From: a virus
Lineage: Duplodnaviria > Caudoviricetes
Virus record (IMG/VR): IMGVR_UViG_3300048833_000177
Span: 1-58,593 of that record
DNA: 58,593 nt
Strand: one strand, 5' to 3'
Shown here: piece after piece, positions 25,629 through 36,023 of the stretch
How the letters are laid out: the number at the start of each line of letters is the position of its first letter
Position numbering within the stretch: the stretch's first letter is position 1
The notes under the pieces: generated by a model
Database searches by the model: none
What the model was told of the DNA's origin: nothing
The model's input: the letters and a program-made list of their open reading frames with translations, nothing else
Made by a program: the position numbers and the translations under genes

Positions 25629-25877
25629 CTATGGTCGAGCGGCGCGGATCGCGGCGCGCAGGTTGCCGTAGTCGTCGATCATCCGGCCGACGGTCGGGGC
25701 TTGCGGCCTGATGGCGGCAAGTTCGTCTGCGGCCTTGCGCTGCTGCTCCGGGGAGTAGGAGACCAGCGGCGGCAGGGCGAGGCGCGTGGGCTCAGAAGGA
25801 GCCGTCGCGCATGCGGCGGTCAGTGACCCCACTGTCAGGGCCGCGGCCGACCTCTTCAGCCATCCGATCTTTCGCAT
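25629..25877 (-). CDS. o-spanin (Rz1-like lipoprotein)
   Basis: Lipobox LTAAC, Pro-rich, overlaps the 3' end of the i-spanin. Confidence 0.7.
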   Translation of the reverse strand: MRKIGWLKRSAAALTVGSLTAACATAPSEPTRLALPPLVSYSPEQQRKAADELAAIRPQAPTVGRMIDDYGNLRAAIRAARP

Positions 25878-26049
25878 GGGAGACCTCCTTCTCGACCTTC
25901 AGGTCATTGGCGGCGTGTTCGGCGTTGGCGGCGTCCTTGCCGGCGCTGCGGACCTTCAGGAGCAGCATGACAATGCCGAGGGCTGCTGCGGCCCAGCCGG
26001 CGATGCGCTTGCCCCAGCCGGTCGTCAGGAAGGCGATGATCCCCGACAT
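25792..26049 (-). CDS. i-spanin (Rz-like)
   Basis: N-terminal TM plus helical domain immediately after the endolysin. Confidence 0.7.
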   Translation of the reverse strand: MSGIIAFLTTGWGKRIAGWAAAALGIVMLLLKVRSAGKDAANAEHAANDLKVEKEVSHAKDRMAEEVGRGPDSGVTDRRMRDGSF

Positions 26050-26783
26050 CAGACCCGAGCCTCGACCATGGCGCGCATGGCATCGCCGCAGGCCTTGGCG
26101 CCGACCAGCGACGGGTCGAAAGCGAGACGGCTGACGTCCCACTTGTTTCTCTGACGAACCCCGAGGTTCGCCTGGACCTCCGCATGGCTGAGCACCGTCT
26201 TCGGCGTCACCGGGATGTCGTAGCGTCGGCAGAGTTCGGCCAGCACGTCCGCCAGCGTGTGCCACTGGATCGCCGTCATCGGCGCCTTGCCGGGCTTGAA
26301 CGGGCTTTCGATCGCGCCGGCCATGCAGCAGAGCGAGACGCCGATCGAGCCTGTATTCGAGTTGAGCGTGTGACTGGCCCGCAACCCGCTGCCGCCGATG
26401 CCGTTGCCAGAGATCGACGGCACGCCCCGGATGAGCTTGCCGTCGGCCTCGATCAGGATGTGATAGTGCTCGCGATCGGTGCTTGAAGCGCGGTGGTTGC
26501 CGGCCGTCCAGTGGAAGATGATGCGCTCGATCCGCGCCTCAGGCATCCAGTCCGGCGGGACGATGCCATAGACCACCCCCCGCGGCGGAGGCGGCTTGCC
26601 ATCGCCCAAGGCGGCCTGCAGAGCCCTGATCGTCTCAGGCCCGACGATGCCGTCAGGCCCAAGGCCCTTGGCCCGCTGGAAGGCAGTCAGCGCCTTGCGT
26701 GTCTTCGGACCCCACTGGCCGTCGATCGCGCCCGGCGCAAAGCCAAGCTTCGACAGCGCGCTTTGAATCGCGGTCGTGTCCAT
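26049..26783 (-). CDS. Endolysin: peptidoglycan-binding domain + N-acetylmuramoyl-L-alanine amidase
   Basis: IDGQWGPKT..A...FQ...GL..DGIVGPET; RIIFHWTAG, YHILI, SHAEV, KWD. Confidence 0.9.
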   Translation of the reverse strand: MDTTAIQSALSKLGFAPGAIDGQWGPKTRKALTAFQRAKGLGPDGIVGPETIRALQAALGDGKPPPPRGVVYGIVPPDWMPEARIERIIFHWTAGNHRASSTDREHYHILIEADGKLIRGVPSISGNGIGGSGLRASHTLNSNTGSIGVSLCCMAGAIESPFKPGKAPMTAIQWHTLADVLAELCRRYDIPVTPKTVLSHAEVQANLGVRQRNKWDVSRLAFDPSLVGAKACGDAMRAMVEARV

Positions 26784-26806
26784 GGTGTGCTCCGATGTGG
26801 GAAGGG

Positions 26807-27136
26807 TCAGGAGCCTGCAGGCGGCACGTACAGGCAGCGCATCGTCGTCAGCGCGTACGGGAGGATGCAGGCGTGGTAGCCGCCGTCTGGGCTCTCCTTG
26901 GCTTCGGAGAACGGCACGAGGTATTGGACCGGCGCAGGCTCTGCGCTGAGCATCTTGTGGTCTGACGGGCGCAGGGTGACAAGGTAGCCGCGCGGCGTGA
27001 CCTGAACCGCCCGCGTCGGGATCGGCTGACAGTCCTGATCGTTGCAGCAAAATTGCGAGTAGAAGCTATGCGCCTTCACAGCCGGCGCACCGGCCGCGAG
27101 CATCAGCGCGAGGCTCAACCACATGAGCGCGCGCAT
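26807..27136 (-). CDS. Secreted Cys-rich protein
   Basis: Signal peptide; HSFY...CCNDQDC...SPDGGYHAC...RCLYVP. Confidence 0.7.
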   Translation of the reverse strand: MRALMWLSLALMLAAGAPAVKAHSFYSQFCCNDQDCQPIPTRAVQVTPRGYLVTLRPSDHKMLSAEPAPVQYLVPFSEAKESPDGGYHACILPYALTTMRCLYVPPAGS

Positions 27137-27261
27137 CACTGGCACTTCCGGTTCGCATCGCCATCGACGGCGAGGCAGTAGAGGATCGTCCCCGCCGGGC
27201 CGCAGGCCGACAGGACAGAGGCAAGCGCCAGCAGCGCCAGCCCAAGGGCAGCGTGTTTCAT
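27136..27261 (-). CDS. 41-aa lipoprotein (not in the ORF track)
   Basis: MKHAALGLALLALASVLSACGPAGTILYCLAVDGDANRKCQ; lipobox LSAC; TGATG coupling. Confidence 0.6.
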   Translation of the reverse strand: MKHAALGLALLALASVLSACGPAGTILYCLAVDGDANRKCQ

Positions 27262-27279
27262 GGGGATGCTCCGGTGATG

Positions 27280-27369
27280 TTAGAGGTTCGGGAACGGCCT
27301 GCTCATGGCCCACACGAAGGTGATACCGAGCGCGATCAGCGCCAGGACGAGGGCGGCAAGCGATTTCAT
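27280..27369 (-). CDS. 29-aa membrane peptide (not in the ORF track)
   Basis: MKSLAALVLALIALGITFVWAMSRPFPNL; RBS AGGA. Confidence 0.45.
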   Translation of the reverse strand: MKSLAALVLALIALGITFVWAMSRPFPNL

Positions 27370-27409
27370 GGGGATGTCCTGGTGGCGGCGGCTTTCAGGA
27401 AGGCTCGTG

Positions 27410-28504
27410 CTAAGCCGCCCGAATGAAGGCCCCGATATACTGCTCAGAGGTGTTGAGGCCTGAAAATGTCAGCGTACCGCTTGACTGCGAAACGCGCGCA
27501 ACACTGTCCTCAGCAGCGGAACTGTTCATCGAAACTCTCGCGTCGTTGCCGCTGAAAGTTGGGGTTCGAGCAGTATCGAAAAGCTCCCAAGGCCCGCTGG
27601 TCGCCACATTATGAATAAGCGCAAGCTGGGCTCCGTTCGCCCAGCCAGTCGCAAACGTTCCAACCCCAGATCCGTTCGTCGTGAATGTCCCGCACTGGAT
27701 CAGACCTGTTGATGTCGTATCGTGCCCGAATACGTAAGCAATGTGCGCTGCACCGCTGGCATTAACGTAGGAATCGTTCCCGACCGAAAAAACGGAAGAA
27801 GTCGGAGAAGTGTTATTGAAGTAGCCCGAATACGGGCCTGCTGTGTAGCCAGCTGTCGTGTTGAGGTAGAGATACCCTTCGGCACTTAGCGAGCGGTGGT
27901 AGACGAGCCAGTCCGCCAAACCGTCAGAGCGCCTGATGATCATCATCCCCGGCACTGATGCCAGGGCATGGGCCACGGTAAGTGGCGACCCCGTCCCTGT
28001 ATAGGATACGACGCTGAGAACGCCAGGGAGGTTTTTGAAGCGGTACAGGACCGCGTTTCCGGACGATAGGTGCGTGGCGTAGCTTGAAAACGAAGCTTCT
28101 GCAGATTGAGTGTTCGATGCGAGCCGCTTGCTCATTCCTCGCGCGCTATCCCGCCAAACCCAATCGGTTGCGTTCGCGCGGCTTTTCGCGATCAGCAGAT
28201 CCCAGCCGGTCGTACTCAGCGCATCAAGGTCAGAGGCAGTTCCAAGCTGGATATCGACGCCCGCGGCGCTCGCGCCTCCACCGGTGCCCTGGGCTCCCAC
28301 GCCTGGCATCATCTTCGCCATCATTAGCATGGCGAGTTCGTAGTCGCGGATGCCGAGGCGATGCCCGGCGATCTCCGCCTTCTCCGACAAGGCCGGCGGC
28401 AGGATCAACGCGGGGCGCGCAGGCAATGCCAGGGCGGGCGCTGACGCCAGCGTGAGGCCCGTCACGGCAGCGATGCGACGGCGCATCTTGCGGTCGATCA
28501 GCAC
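27410..28504 (-). CDS. Putative virion fibre/receptor-binding protein
   Basis: SYTGTG...HALASVPGMMIIRRSD...WLVYH beta-rich repeats seen in phage fibres. Confidence 0.7.
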   Translation of the reverse strand: MLIDRKMRRRIAAVTGLTLASAPALALPARPALILPPALSEKAEIAGHRLGIRDYELAMLMMAKMMPGVGAQGTGGGASAAGVDIQLGTASDLDALSTTGWDLLIAKSRANATDWVWRDSARGMSKRLASNTQSAEASFSSYATHLSSGNAVLYRFKNLPGVLSVVSYTGTGSPLTVAHALASVPGMMIIRRSDGLADWLVYHRSLSAEGYLYLNTTAGYTAGPYSGYFNNTSPTSSVFSVGNDSYVNASGAAHIAYVFGHDTTSTGLIQCGTFTTNGSGVGTFATGWANGAQLALIHNVATSGPWELFDTARTPTFSGNDARVSMNSSAAEDSVARVSQSSGTLTFSGLNTSEQYIGAFIRAA

Positions 28505-28507
28505 GGC

Positions 28508-29122
28508 TCAGGCCTCCCAGCCGGCATCAATGTCGACGGCGTCGAGCGCGGCGTGCGTGGCGGCTGCCTCTATCGTGTCCTTCAACTCCCAGGAGCGGCC
28601 ATAGATCGCCTTGCCCCATGCGGCCATGGCGAGCAGGGCGGCGAGCCCGTCGTCATAGCTGACGGTGAAAGTCTTGTTGTCGGCAGAGCGGAACTCCGCA
28701 CCCAGCACGGCCCCAGCACCTTGTGCGACGGCCGCAGAATAGGCCGCTTGCGAAGTGAGCCAGTTGACCTTGTCGTCTGCGTCACGGGTTTGCAAAAGGT
28801 GGACGCCTTTGGCGCCGAAGTCGTGCGCGTAGCCGGCAGTGAGCTTGCTATCGCGCAGGTCCGACACCTGCCGAAGCATCTGCGCCTTCCGCTCGGCGAG
28901 CGTTTTGCTTGTGACCGTATAGCGCTCGATCACGCGCGTCGCCTCGACCACATAGGTCGGGCCGGTCAGCGTCTCCTTCGCGGGATCATAAGTCGGCCGA
29001 TCCTCAACCACGATCGGCAGCAGGCGTGGCTTGCCGGCTGCGAGCTTGGTCTGGTCACGGTTCGGTGCTTCGTCCCGGTACTCCAGGATCGCGCCGTCTT
29101 TCACAAGGGCGTGGCGGCTCAT
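28508..29122 (-). CDS. Tail fibre assembly protein (DUF4376-like)
   Basis: Follows the fibre gene; FRSADN...[11 protein letters not shown]...GW. Confidence 0.7.
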   Translation of the reverse strand: MSRHALVKDGAILEYRDEAPNRDQTKLAAGKPRLLPIVVEDRPTYDPAKETLTGPTYVVEATRVIERYTVTSKTLAERKAQMLRQVSDLRDSKLTAGYAHDFGAKGVHLLQTRDADDKVNWLTSQAAYSAAVAQGAGAVLGAEFRSADNKTFTVSYDDGLAALLAMAAWGKAIYGRSWELKDTIEAAATHAALDAVDIDAGWEA

Positions 29123-31470
29123 GCGTCTGTTCCCGCGTCGGTGGTGATGAAGATTTCGATGCACATCACGCGGGCATCGACGGCCAACGTGTCGGAGCCG
29201 TTGGCAACCTCGCGCTGCAGCTCCAGGAAGATCATGTCGCCGACGGCGGGCGAGCCGCCGATCGTGACTGCTGCGCTCTCGGCCGAGACGTGCATGTCGT
29301 TCGCCGTGATGAGGGAGTCGGTGACCGTGATCGCGGTGCCCCATGATCCATCCATGGCGTCGTCGTCAGACGCCGCCCGGCCGCGCAGGCTGAATGCGAC
29401 ACCGCCAGAGCCCGAAGCCGCTGTCCAGAAGACGCGGAAGGTGATCGTCCCCTCGTTCCATTGCTTCGGGAACGGGAAAGCGATCTGGATGGCCTCGGCG
29501 GTCGACGTGTCGAAGTCATAGCCTCGGATCATCACGTCGTTCGTGGCAAGCTCGGTCGAGAACGTCGCCGCGCCGTTTGTCGTGCGCGCTACCCAGGACG
29601 GCGCCGGCAGCGGGATCGCCTGCTTGCCCTTCACCGGAGCGTTGCCGGCGTCATAGGCCTGGACGTCAGTTCCGATGGCGACACCCAGAGTGGTGCGCGC
29701 GGCAGCGGCCGTCGTGTCGTCAAGCAGGCCGCGCATGAACGAGGTGAGCGTCGTGACAGCGGCTGTGCCCGAGCCCGTGAAGTAGGGCAGCGCATCGGCC
29801 GCGCTGGTCAGGCCTGCGAGCGCCGAAAGCTCGGCGTCCTGCGCCTGAACGTTGGTGCCGATGACGAGGCCGAGCAAGGTCCGCATCGTCGCATAGTCTG
29901 CAGCAGTGAGGATCGAGCGGCCATTGGCGCTCGCGTCGCTGATCTCCGAGGCCGTGTGGGTGTGGGAGGCGAGCGCGAAATAGGCATCGGCGCGCGTACC
30001 GGCCGAGCCAATGCCTAGCGTCGTCCGCGCGGCGGCCGCGTCGGCATCATCAAGCAGAGTCCGCATGAAGGACGTCAGCGTGAACAGCGCCGCCGTCCCG
30101 GACCCGGTGAAGTATGGCGCACTATCGGCTGCAGAGGTGAGCCCCGCGAGGGCGGTCAGTTCTGCGTCGGCCGCCTGGACGTTCGTGCCGATCGTCAACC
30201 CGAGGGTGGCGCGCGCCGCAGCAGCGTCAACATCGTCGAGCAGGGTACGGATGAACGTCGTGATGTCGAACAGTTCGACGCTGTCGGTGCCGTTGCCTAC
30301 GATACCCTTGCCCGACACCATCGACAGGGCAGCAATCGCCGTCAGAAGCGCATCCGATGCCTGCGCCCCAAGGCTGGACAGCGTCGGGATCGGACCACCG
30401 TCCTCGATCGTGTCGCCTGTGCCATCGGCGAAGACAGCGATGTTGCCTTCGGTGACGCCGCCCGTGGTCTGCACGTCACCGGAGCCGGCACCCGCTGCGC
30501 CGCGAATATCGACCGCGTCGCCGATCGTCGCCGTCAATCCCGTCGCGCCGACATAAAGCCCCGTTGCCGGCTTGGAGCCCGTGCCTCCGGTCCAGTCGAT
30601 CACCTGCTGCACGCGGCGCGCGCTGTCGGTAACGGTCGCCAGCACCGGCGTCCAGCCGTTGACGCCGTTCGAGCCCGAGGCGCCGGAGACGCGGATCGTC
30701 CAGTCGCTGTAGGAGCCCGAGCCCGCGACCGAGACGACGTTCACCGTAAGGCTGGTGCCGGAATAGGCCGTCACCTGGCCGCGCATCAGGTTGGTCGTCG
30801 GGCTGGCGTCCGAGGTGATGAGCAGATCGGCGCCGACGGCGAACGCCTTGCCTGACTGCGTCGTGAAGCTCTTGGATCCCGTGCCGATCGGGACCGATGT
30901 CGTCGAGGTGCCGCGCAGGTTGGCGGCAGCCGCCGCTGCCTCAACCGCGCTCGCGGCGGCTTCAGCGGCCTTGGTGGTGGCGATCCCGGCTTGCGTGGTC
31001 GCTGTTCCGGCGGAGGTGCTCGCCGAAGTCGCCGCTGAGGACGCAGTTGATGCTGACCCGGAAGCGGCCGTGGCGCTACCGGACGCCGCAGTCGCAGAAC
31101 CGGCTGAGGCAGTCGCGCTCGTGGCGGCCTCGCCTGCCTTGGCCGTTGCGATGCCTGCCTGCGTCGTTGCAGTGGTAGCGCTGCCAGCGGCAGAGGTGGC
31201 ATTGGTCGATGCCTCACCCGCCTTTGTGGTCGCGATGCTGGCCTGCGTTGTCGCAGTGCTCGCCGAAGTCGCAGCCGCAATTGCTGCCGTGCTGGTCGAA
31301 GAGGCGAGATCAGCCACGCCCGCACCGATCGTCGCGACGTCCTGCAGCGCAGGTACGAAGTTGATGCGGTGACCGTCGTTCGCGAGGCCGCCGGGGTTCG
31401 TCGAGGCGTTGTAGTTACCGCCGTTGTAGAGATCCTCGAGCCGGTCGACGGCATCGGTGAAGTCGGACAT
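29119..31470 (-). CDS. Tail fibre protein with Ala/Thr/Ser repeats
   Basis: [15 protein letters not shown] x3; LLDDxDAAAARxTLG repeats. Confidence 0.85.
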   Translation of the reverse strand: MSDFTDAVDRLEDLYNGGNYNASTNPGGLANDGHRINFVPALQDVATIGAGVADLASSTSTAAIAAATSASTATTQASIATTKAGEASTNATSAAGSATTATTQAGIATAKAGEAATSATASAGSATAASGSATAASGSASTASSAATSASTSAGTATTQAGIATTKAAEAAASAVEAAAAAANLRGTSTTSVPIGTGSKSFTTQSGKAFAVGADLLITSDASPTTNLMRGQVTAYSGTSLTVNVVSVAGSGSYSDWTIRVSGASGSNGVNGWTPVLATVTDSARRVQQVIDWTGGTGSKPATGLYVGATGLTATIGDAVDIRGAAGAGSGDVQTTGGVTEGNIAVFADGTGDTIEDGGPIPTLSSLGAQASDALLTAIAALSMVSGKGIVGNGTDSVELFDITTFIRTLLDDVDAAAARATLGLTIGTNVQAADAELTALAGLTSAADSAPYFTGSGTAALFTLTSFMRTLLDDADAAAARTTLGIGSAGTRADAYFALASHTHTASEISDASANGRSILTAADYATMRTLLGLVIGTNVQAQDAELSALAGLTSAADALPYFTGSGTAAVTTLTSFMRGLLDDTTAAAARTTLGVAIGTDVQAYDAGNAPVKGKQAIPLPAPSWVARTTNGAATFSTELATNDVMIRGYDFDTSTAEAIQIAFPFPKQWNEGTITFRVFWTAASGSGGVAFSLRGRAASDDDAMDGSWGTAITVTDSLITANDMHVSAESAAVTIGGSPAVGDMIFLELQREVANGSDTLAVDARVMCIEIFITTDAGTDA

Positions 31471-32339
31471 CAGAGGGCCTCCGTGATTTCGAATGCAGTC
31501 GAGGCGCCGAACGTGTCGCCGATCTGGACGGTGAGAAGCTGGATCGCCGGGAGCTCGGCGAGGTTGCCGAGGAAGGACCGCTTGTTGCGGTTCACCGTGT
31601 CGTCAGGGTCCGAGATGACGAACACCTGCTTGTCGAGGTTACTGATCGACTGGATCCGATAGACGTCGTTCCAGACCTCGGTGTCGGGCAGGTATGGGAA
31701 CGGCAGCAGGATCGAGCGGGCGCTCTTGCGGCGAACGAAGTAGGGCGTCCCCCCCAGCGACTTCATGACCGTCGTGTTCGGGATGAAGCGGAAGTTGTTG
31801 CTCTCGGCGGAGAAGTTGATGCTCGGCTGCCAGCCGAGGCCCATGAAGAGTCGGCCGATCTCGACAAAGCCTTCCGGGTTAGCCTGATCGTCGATCTCGA
31901 AAGTCCAGTTCTTCGCGGTCTCGTCCTCCTCGAACAGGTGAACGACGAAGATGCCGGCATTGTCGGGGTCGTCGATCGGCTGCACGCCGGTCCAAAAGTT
32001 CGGGTCTTCCCACGCCAGATCGAGCGACGGCACGGCTTGGATGCCGATGTCGGTCCATCCGCTATCATAGGTCTCCATGGTGAAGTCGGCGTCGGAATAG
32101 GCCCTGATCCGATAGCGCGCCGAACTGGTGAAGTTCGTCGGGCCGAAGGCGAGCGCCTTGAACGTCCGCACCGTCGGCAGCGCGATCCTGAAGGTGGTGT
32201 TGGCAAGGTCGAGGCTGGTTGAGCGCGCCCTGCGTGTCGGCCGAGGGTCTTGCATGTAGCTGAGCGGCAGCGACCACGAGCCGCCCGAAAGCGTGCCGGC
32301 GTCGGCTGCGTTGTCGTAAAGGATCAGAACCCGCGCCAT
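31470..32339 (-). CDS. Minor tail protein
   Basis: Position; [16 protein letters not shown] motif. Confidence 0.75.
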   Translation of the reverse strand: MARVLILYDNAADAGTLSGGSWSLPLSYMQDPRPTRRARSTSLDLANTTFRIALPTVRTFKALAFGPTNFTSSARYRIRAYSDADFTMETYDSGWTDIGIQAVPSLDLAWEDPNFWTGVQPIDDPDNAGIFVVHLFEEDETAKNWTFEIDDQANPEGFVEIGRLFMGLGWQPSINFSAESNNFRFIPNTTVMKSLGGTPYFVRRKSARSILLPFPYLPDTEVWNDVYRIQSISNLDKQVFVISDPDDTVNRNKRSFLGNLAELPAIQLLTVQIGDTFGASTAFEITEAL

Positions 32340-32341
32340 AC

Positions 32342-33868
32342 TCAGCCCGCCAGATAGATGCACGAAACCAGGCGGACCTGATCAGGATGGTCGAAGGTGA
32401 CCGGCTCGCGGACCTTGGCGACGGTGACCGAGCGCACGATGTCGTCGGGCTGGCGCTCGCCCTTGCCGGGCAAGTCGGAGCACCAGATCAGGTCGCCGGC
32501 CTCGAGGTTGCCTCCGCGCCCGCAGACGTTGATCTGACCTTCGCCGAGCGAGTTCACCGTCAGGCGATCGAAGCGGTCGATTAGCGCATCGCCGATCTCG
32601 CCATCGGCTGCCGCAAGGCCGTCCGTCTGTTGGAGCGGATATCGCCCAGCGACCGCGCCGAGAGCTGCCCGCTGCCCTCGGGCGGTCGAGGGCGCAACCT
32701 CGGAAAGGGTGTCGCTGACGCCCTGCCGGGCGAGGATCGCTACGTCGACGACGATGTCGCCGGGTTCGACAAGCGCAAGCTTTGAAATCAGCGCGTCGTG
32801 CGCGCCGGTGAACGGACCATAGGGGCCGTAGAGTGCATAGAAGGCATAGCTCGGCTTGCCGACCTCCCCGCGCCAAAGACCGCTCTGTCCGAAAACCCCG
32901 ACGCCGGCACCCAATACGCTGAGGCCGTAGACGCCAGGTCCAGATCCCGTCTGCTGGAATGACCCTGTAGGTCCCGAGCTATTTGATCCCGCGACAACGG
33001 CTTCACTGAACGATGAGACGACCGTGAGGGCCGTGCCCGAACCCGAGTTGGTAATGCGCGCGCCCGCTGCCGATGAAGTCGCATCGATCCGCAGTACGAT
33101 CTCGTCGCTGACGGTCTGGCCTAGGCGACCGACGATCGAGCCGCCCGAGTTGAATACTTGGATCGCGTTCGTCGATTCGCTGATTTCGACGCGACGCCCG
33201 CTTCCAGCGGTCTGAAATACCCCGCCTTGGATTGTGGTGCCGGTGATAAAGCCAGCATAGACGGAGCCGAGGACTGCCGTGATCGCAGAGAGAGACGATG
33301 CCGATATCTTGTTGGCGCTTAGCGAGGCAATCTTCGCGTCGGTGATGGTCGCGTCGGCGATCTTCGCCGTGGTGATCGCAGCATCCTGTATCTTGGCGCT
33401 GGTGATCGCCGCATTGGCGATCTTCGCATTGTCGATCGCCGCGTTCGCGATCTTGGCGTTCGTGACGGCGAAGTCGGCGATCTTCGGTGCCGTGATCGCG
33501 CTATCGGCCAACTCGACATCGGTGATCGTGCCAGGGCCGGGCTGCGCCGTGCCAGCGGTCGCCGCGACGCCGGCCGTGGCCGACAGCGGAAACCAGTCGC
33601 CATAGAGACCCGACGCATTGCGCGCCCGCACCCAATAGAACCGCGTCTCACCCGGCGGCACGCCGGCATGCGTCAAGCTGCTGAGCGCCTCGCCGACCTT
33701 GGCCGCGCCGGCGCGATCGTTCGCAGCCGCGGCCCAGACCTCGACGGTGCCGAGCGTCAGGTACGGCAAGCCCGCCTGGTTAGGGTCGCTGACGGTCCAT
33801 GCCAGCACGACCTGGCCTACCCCGCTCGTGGCATTGAGCCCCGAGCAGACGATATCGCTGTCTGCCAT
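32342..33868 (-). CDS. Tail spike/host-specificity protein (FN3-like + 10-aa AITxAKIxD repeats)
   Basis: FYWVRARNASG; repeat block at about 33320-33500. Confidence 0.8.
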   Translation of the reverse strand: MADSDIVCSGLNATSGVGQVVLAWTVSDPNQAGLPYLTLGTVEVWAAAANDRAGAAKVGEALSSLTHAGVPPGETRFYWVRARNASGLYGDWFPLSATAGVAATAGTAQPGPGTITDVELADSAITAPKIADFAVTNAKIANAAIDNAKIANAAITSAKIQDAAITTAKIADATITDAKIASLSANKISASSLSAITAVLGSVYAGFITGTTIQGGVFQTAGSGRRVEISESTNAIQVFNSGGSIVGRLGQTVSDEIVLRIDATSSAAGARITNSGSGTALTVVSSFSEAVVAGSNSSGPTGSFQQTGSGPGVYGLSVLGAGVGVFGQSGLWRGEVGKPSYAFYALYGPYGPFTGAHDALISKLALVEPGDIVVDVAILARQGVSDTLSEVAPSTARGQRAALGAVAGRYPLQQTDGLAAADGEIGDALIDRFDRLTVNSLGEGQINVCGRGGNLEAGDLIWCSDLPGKGERQPDDIVRSVTVAKVREPVTFDHPDQVRLVSCIYLAG

Positions 33869-33875
33869 GAGTGCT

Positions 33876-35414
33876 TCAGCCCCAACAATCCAGGGTGACG
33901 GTGTCGACCGCGTACTCGTCGGTGCGGCCGATCACGGTGAAGAGCTTGCCGGCCGAGAGGCCCAGCCGCGGCGTGCGCAGGCTGATGACCGAACCGACGT
34001 CGCAGGCGCTGGCGACGCTAATGTGCGCCGTGAACTGGTAGCGATCCCGCCGGGTGCCATAGAGTGCCTGGACGCGCGCGGCCTCCGCTAGCGCGTCCGC
34101 CTCATAGGCAAGGCAGGTGTCGATCGTGATCTCTGGCGCCTGCAGGTGGCGGACCTTGACCGCGGCGTCCTCAACCTTGGTCTCGCGCCACTGCGACGCG
34201 ACCAGCGTGCGGCGGGCTGTGGTAGCCTGCCCGACGAGATCGTTGTCGCCCTGAACCTGGTAGACCTGCCCCCAGCGGATCGTGGTGCGCCAGGCGGGGA
34301 TGCCCTTGCCCTCGTCGTCGACCGTCAGACGCCGTAGATCGCCGATGAACTCGCGCTCGCCGAACTCGTCGACCGGCGTCCCGCTTGCAAGGCCCAGGCG
34401 CCCCACAGAAAAGACGCCGAGCCGGTCCGGGCTGATCCATGCGCCGATGCTGTTGAGCACGCGGGAGACGGCGTCGATCGCCGTTTCCTCGCTATTGAGA
34501 TAGATCCCGACCTCGGCCGCGTTGAGCGCGTCGAGAGCAGCGAAGCTCGCGGTCGGCATGTCGGCGGAGGCGATGCCGAACGACAGCAGCATCCGGCGCG
34601 CCACCTGCGCCGCCGTCCGATCGGCTGCGGTCGCACCCTCGACGACATCAGCGGTCACGCCCTTGAAGGGCTGGGCGCCGACGCGGAACAGTCCGAGCGC
34701 GAGACAGGTGGCATACTGACCCGGCAGGATCGTCGCCGATCGCAGCGCCGCCACATCGGCATAGTCGCCGCCATTGGTCAGCGGCACGCCGGCATCGAAG
34801 GCGGCGATGCTCGCGACTGCCGAATTTGAAACCTGGTAGATCAGGTCGAAGGCGTTGACGAGCGTCGCGGGGACATTCGAGACGCGGCCCCAGACCCGAG
34901 GCTTGATTTGATCCTTCAGGTCAACGTTGCCTTCCGCCGTCGGCCCGGTCGTGATCGTCGTGCCGGCATAGCGCGTCGTCAGCAGCGGCTTCGCGAGATC
35001 GGCCAGCCGGTCGCGCAGACGCAGCCGGAACTCACTCACCGGGTTGTCTGACACGAGTTGATCGGCCGAGCCCCGGAACAGCGTCACCGCCGACGAGATT
35101 GGAGCGCCCGGCGCGATCCGCTTGATCGTGATCGCCCGGCCGTCGAACCCGTAGCCGAGCCAGGCGTCGAGGTTCGTGCCGTTGCCGGGATCTCCCGACG
35201 CGAAGACGATCTCGCCGGCGCCGACCTGGCTCTGCCCCCGCGTCGTGCCCTGCCCATAGAGGCTGCGCTCGAAGTTGCCCGGATCGATGATCCGGGGCGC
35301 ATAATAGGTGTTCGCCGGCGTATCGGTCGGGCGCGTCGTGAACCCATCGCTGCTCAGATAGAGCCGCGTCACACCAGAGCCGGTATAGGCGTCGATCTCG
35401 ACGAGGTAGATCAT
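33876..35414 (-). CDS. Tail tip/hub protein
   Basis: Position after the tape measure; KPRVWGRVSNVPA. Confidence 0.75.
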   Translation of the reverse strand: MIYLVEIDAYTGSGVTRLYLSSDGFTTRPTDTPANTYYAPRIIDPGNFERSLYGQGTTRGQSQVGAGEIVFASGDPGNGTNLDAWLGYGFDGRAITIKRIAPGAPISSAVTLFRGSADQLVSDNPVSEFRLRLRDRLADLAKPLLTTRYAGTTITTGPTAEGNVDLKDQIKPRVWGRVSNVPATLVNAFDLIYQVSNSAVASIAAFDAGVPLTNGGDYADVAALRSATILPGQYATCLALGLFRVGAQPFKGVTADVVEGATAADRTAAQVARRMLLSFGIASADMPTASFAALDALNAAEVGIYLNSEETAIDAVSRVLNSIGAWISPDRLGVFSVGRLGLASGTPVDEFGEREFIGDLRRLTVDDEGKGIPAWRTTIRWGQVYQVQGDNDLVGQATTARRTLVASQWRETKVEDAAVKVRHLQAPEITIDTCLAYEADALAEAARVQALYGTRRDRYQFTAHISVASACDVGSVISLRTPRLGLSAGKLFTVIGRTDEYAVDTVTLDCWG

Positions 35415-35423
35415 GATGCGCGA

Positions 35424-36023
35424 TCAGCGGCAGAGGGTGACGCGGCCGGTCTTGCCGTCGTAGATCATGACCTTGTCGGCGAGGAAGTCGCGGCCGAGCA
35501 GCACTTGGATGCCCTGCTGAGCAAGCGGCATGGTGATCATCGTAAGGGTCTGAACCGTGTCGATTTGCGGCACAGTGAACTCCGCAAGCAGCTCGCGCGT
35601 CTCAAGCGTGCCAGTAGCCAGCATGGCAGAAGTAGCCTTGCCCTCTCCTTCATCGAATAGGGCGGCAGCCAAAACCGTATCGATTGCTGAGATTGACGCT
35701 CCAGTGTCGATAACCGCCAAGAGAGGGATCGACGCCCGACCACTGGCCGAGTTCTTGATCTGCACGACCACGACAGGGCCATGCTTCTGCATACCAGCGC
35801 CCGCGTCGGCTTCGATTTTCGGGCCAATGTGATGAACAGGCGCCATCTCTTGCGTCCGGGCCAAGGCGGTTAGGATCTGGTAGCCATTGGTGCCACGCGA
35901 GAGGATGCTTGGTCCATGGTCCGACTGGGTCGCTTTCATGCCTAGCCCCAAGCTTGATCGTGATGCCGCCGCGTCGGCGACATCGTGCATTGCGGGTTCG
36001 AAGTTATGCCGATGTCCCATCAC
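35424..36023 (-). CDS. Retropepsin-like aspartic protease (true start probably downstream of 36023)
   Basis: AVIDTGASIS and VLLGRDFL. Confidence 0.8.
   Translation of the reverse strand: MMGHRHNFEPAMHDVADAAASRSSLGLGMKATQSDHGPSILSRGTNGYQILTALARTQEMAPVHHIGPKIEADAGAGMQKHGPVVVVQIKNSASGRASIPLLAVIDTGASISAIDTVLAAALFDEGEGKATSAMLATGTLETRELLAEFTVPQIDTVQTLTMITMPLAQQGIQVLLGRDFLADKVMIYDGKTGRVTLCR

Noticed and set aside
27410-33868. Diversity-generating retroelement or invertible fibre cassette
   Set aside because: No reverse transcriptase or invertase, and no adenine-specific TR/VR pair seen; repeats are in-frame protein repeats.
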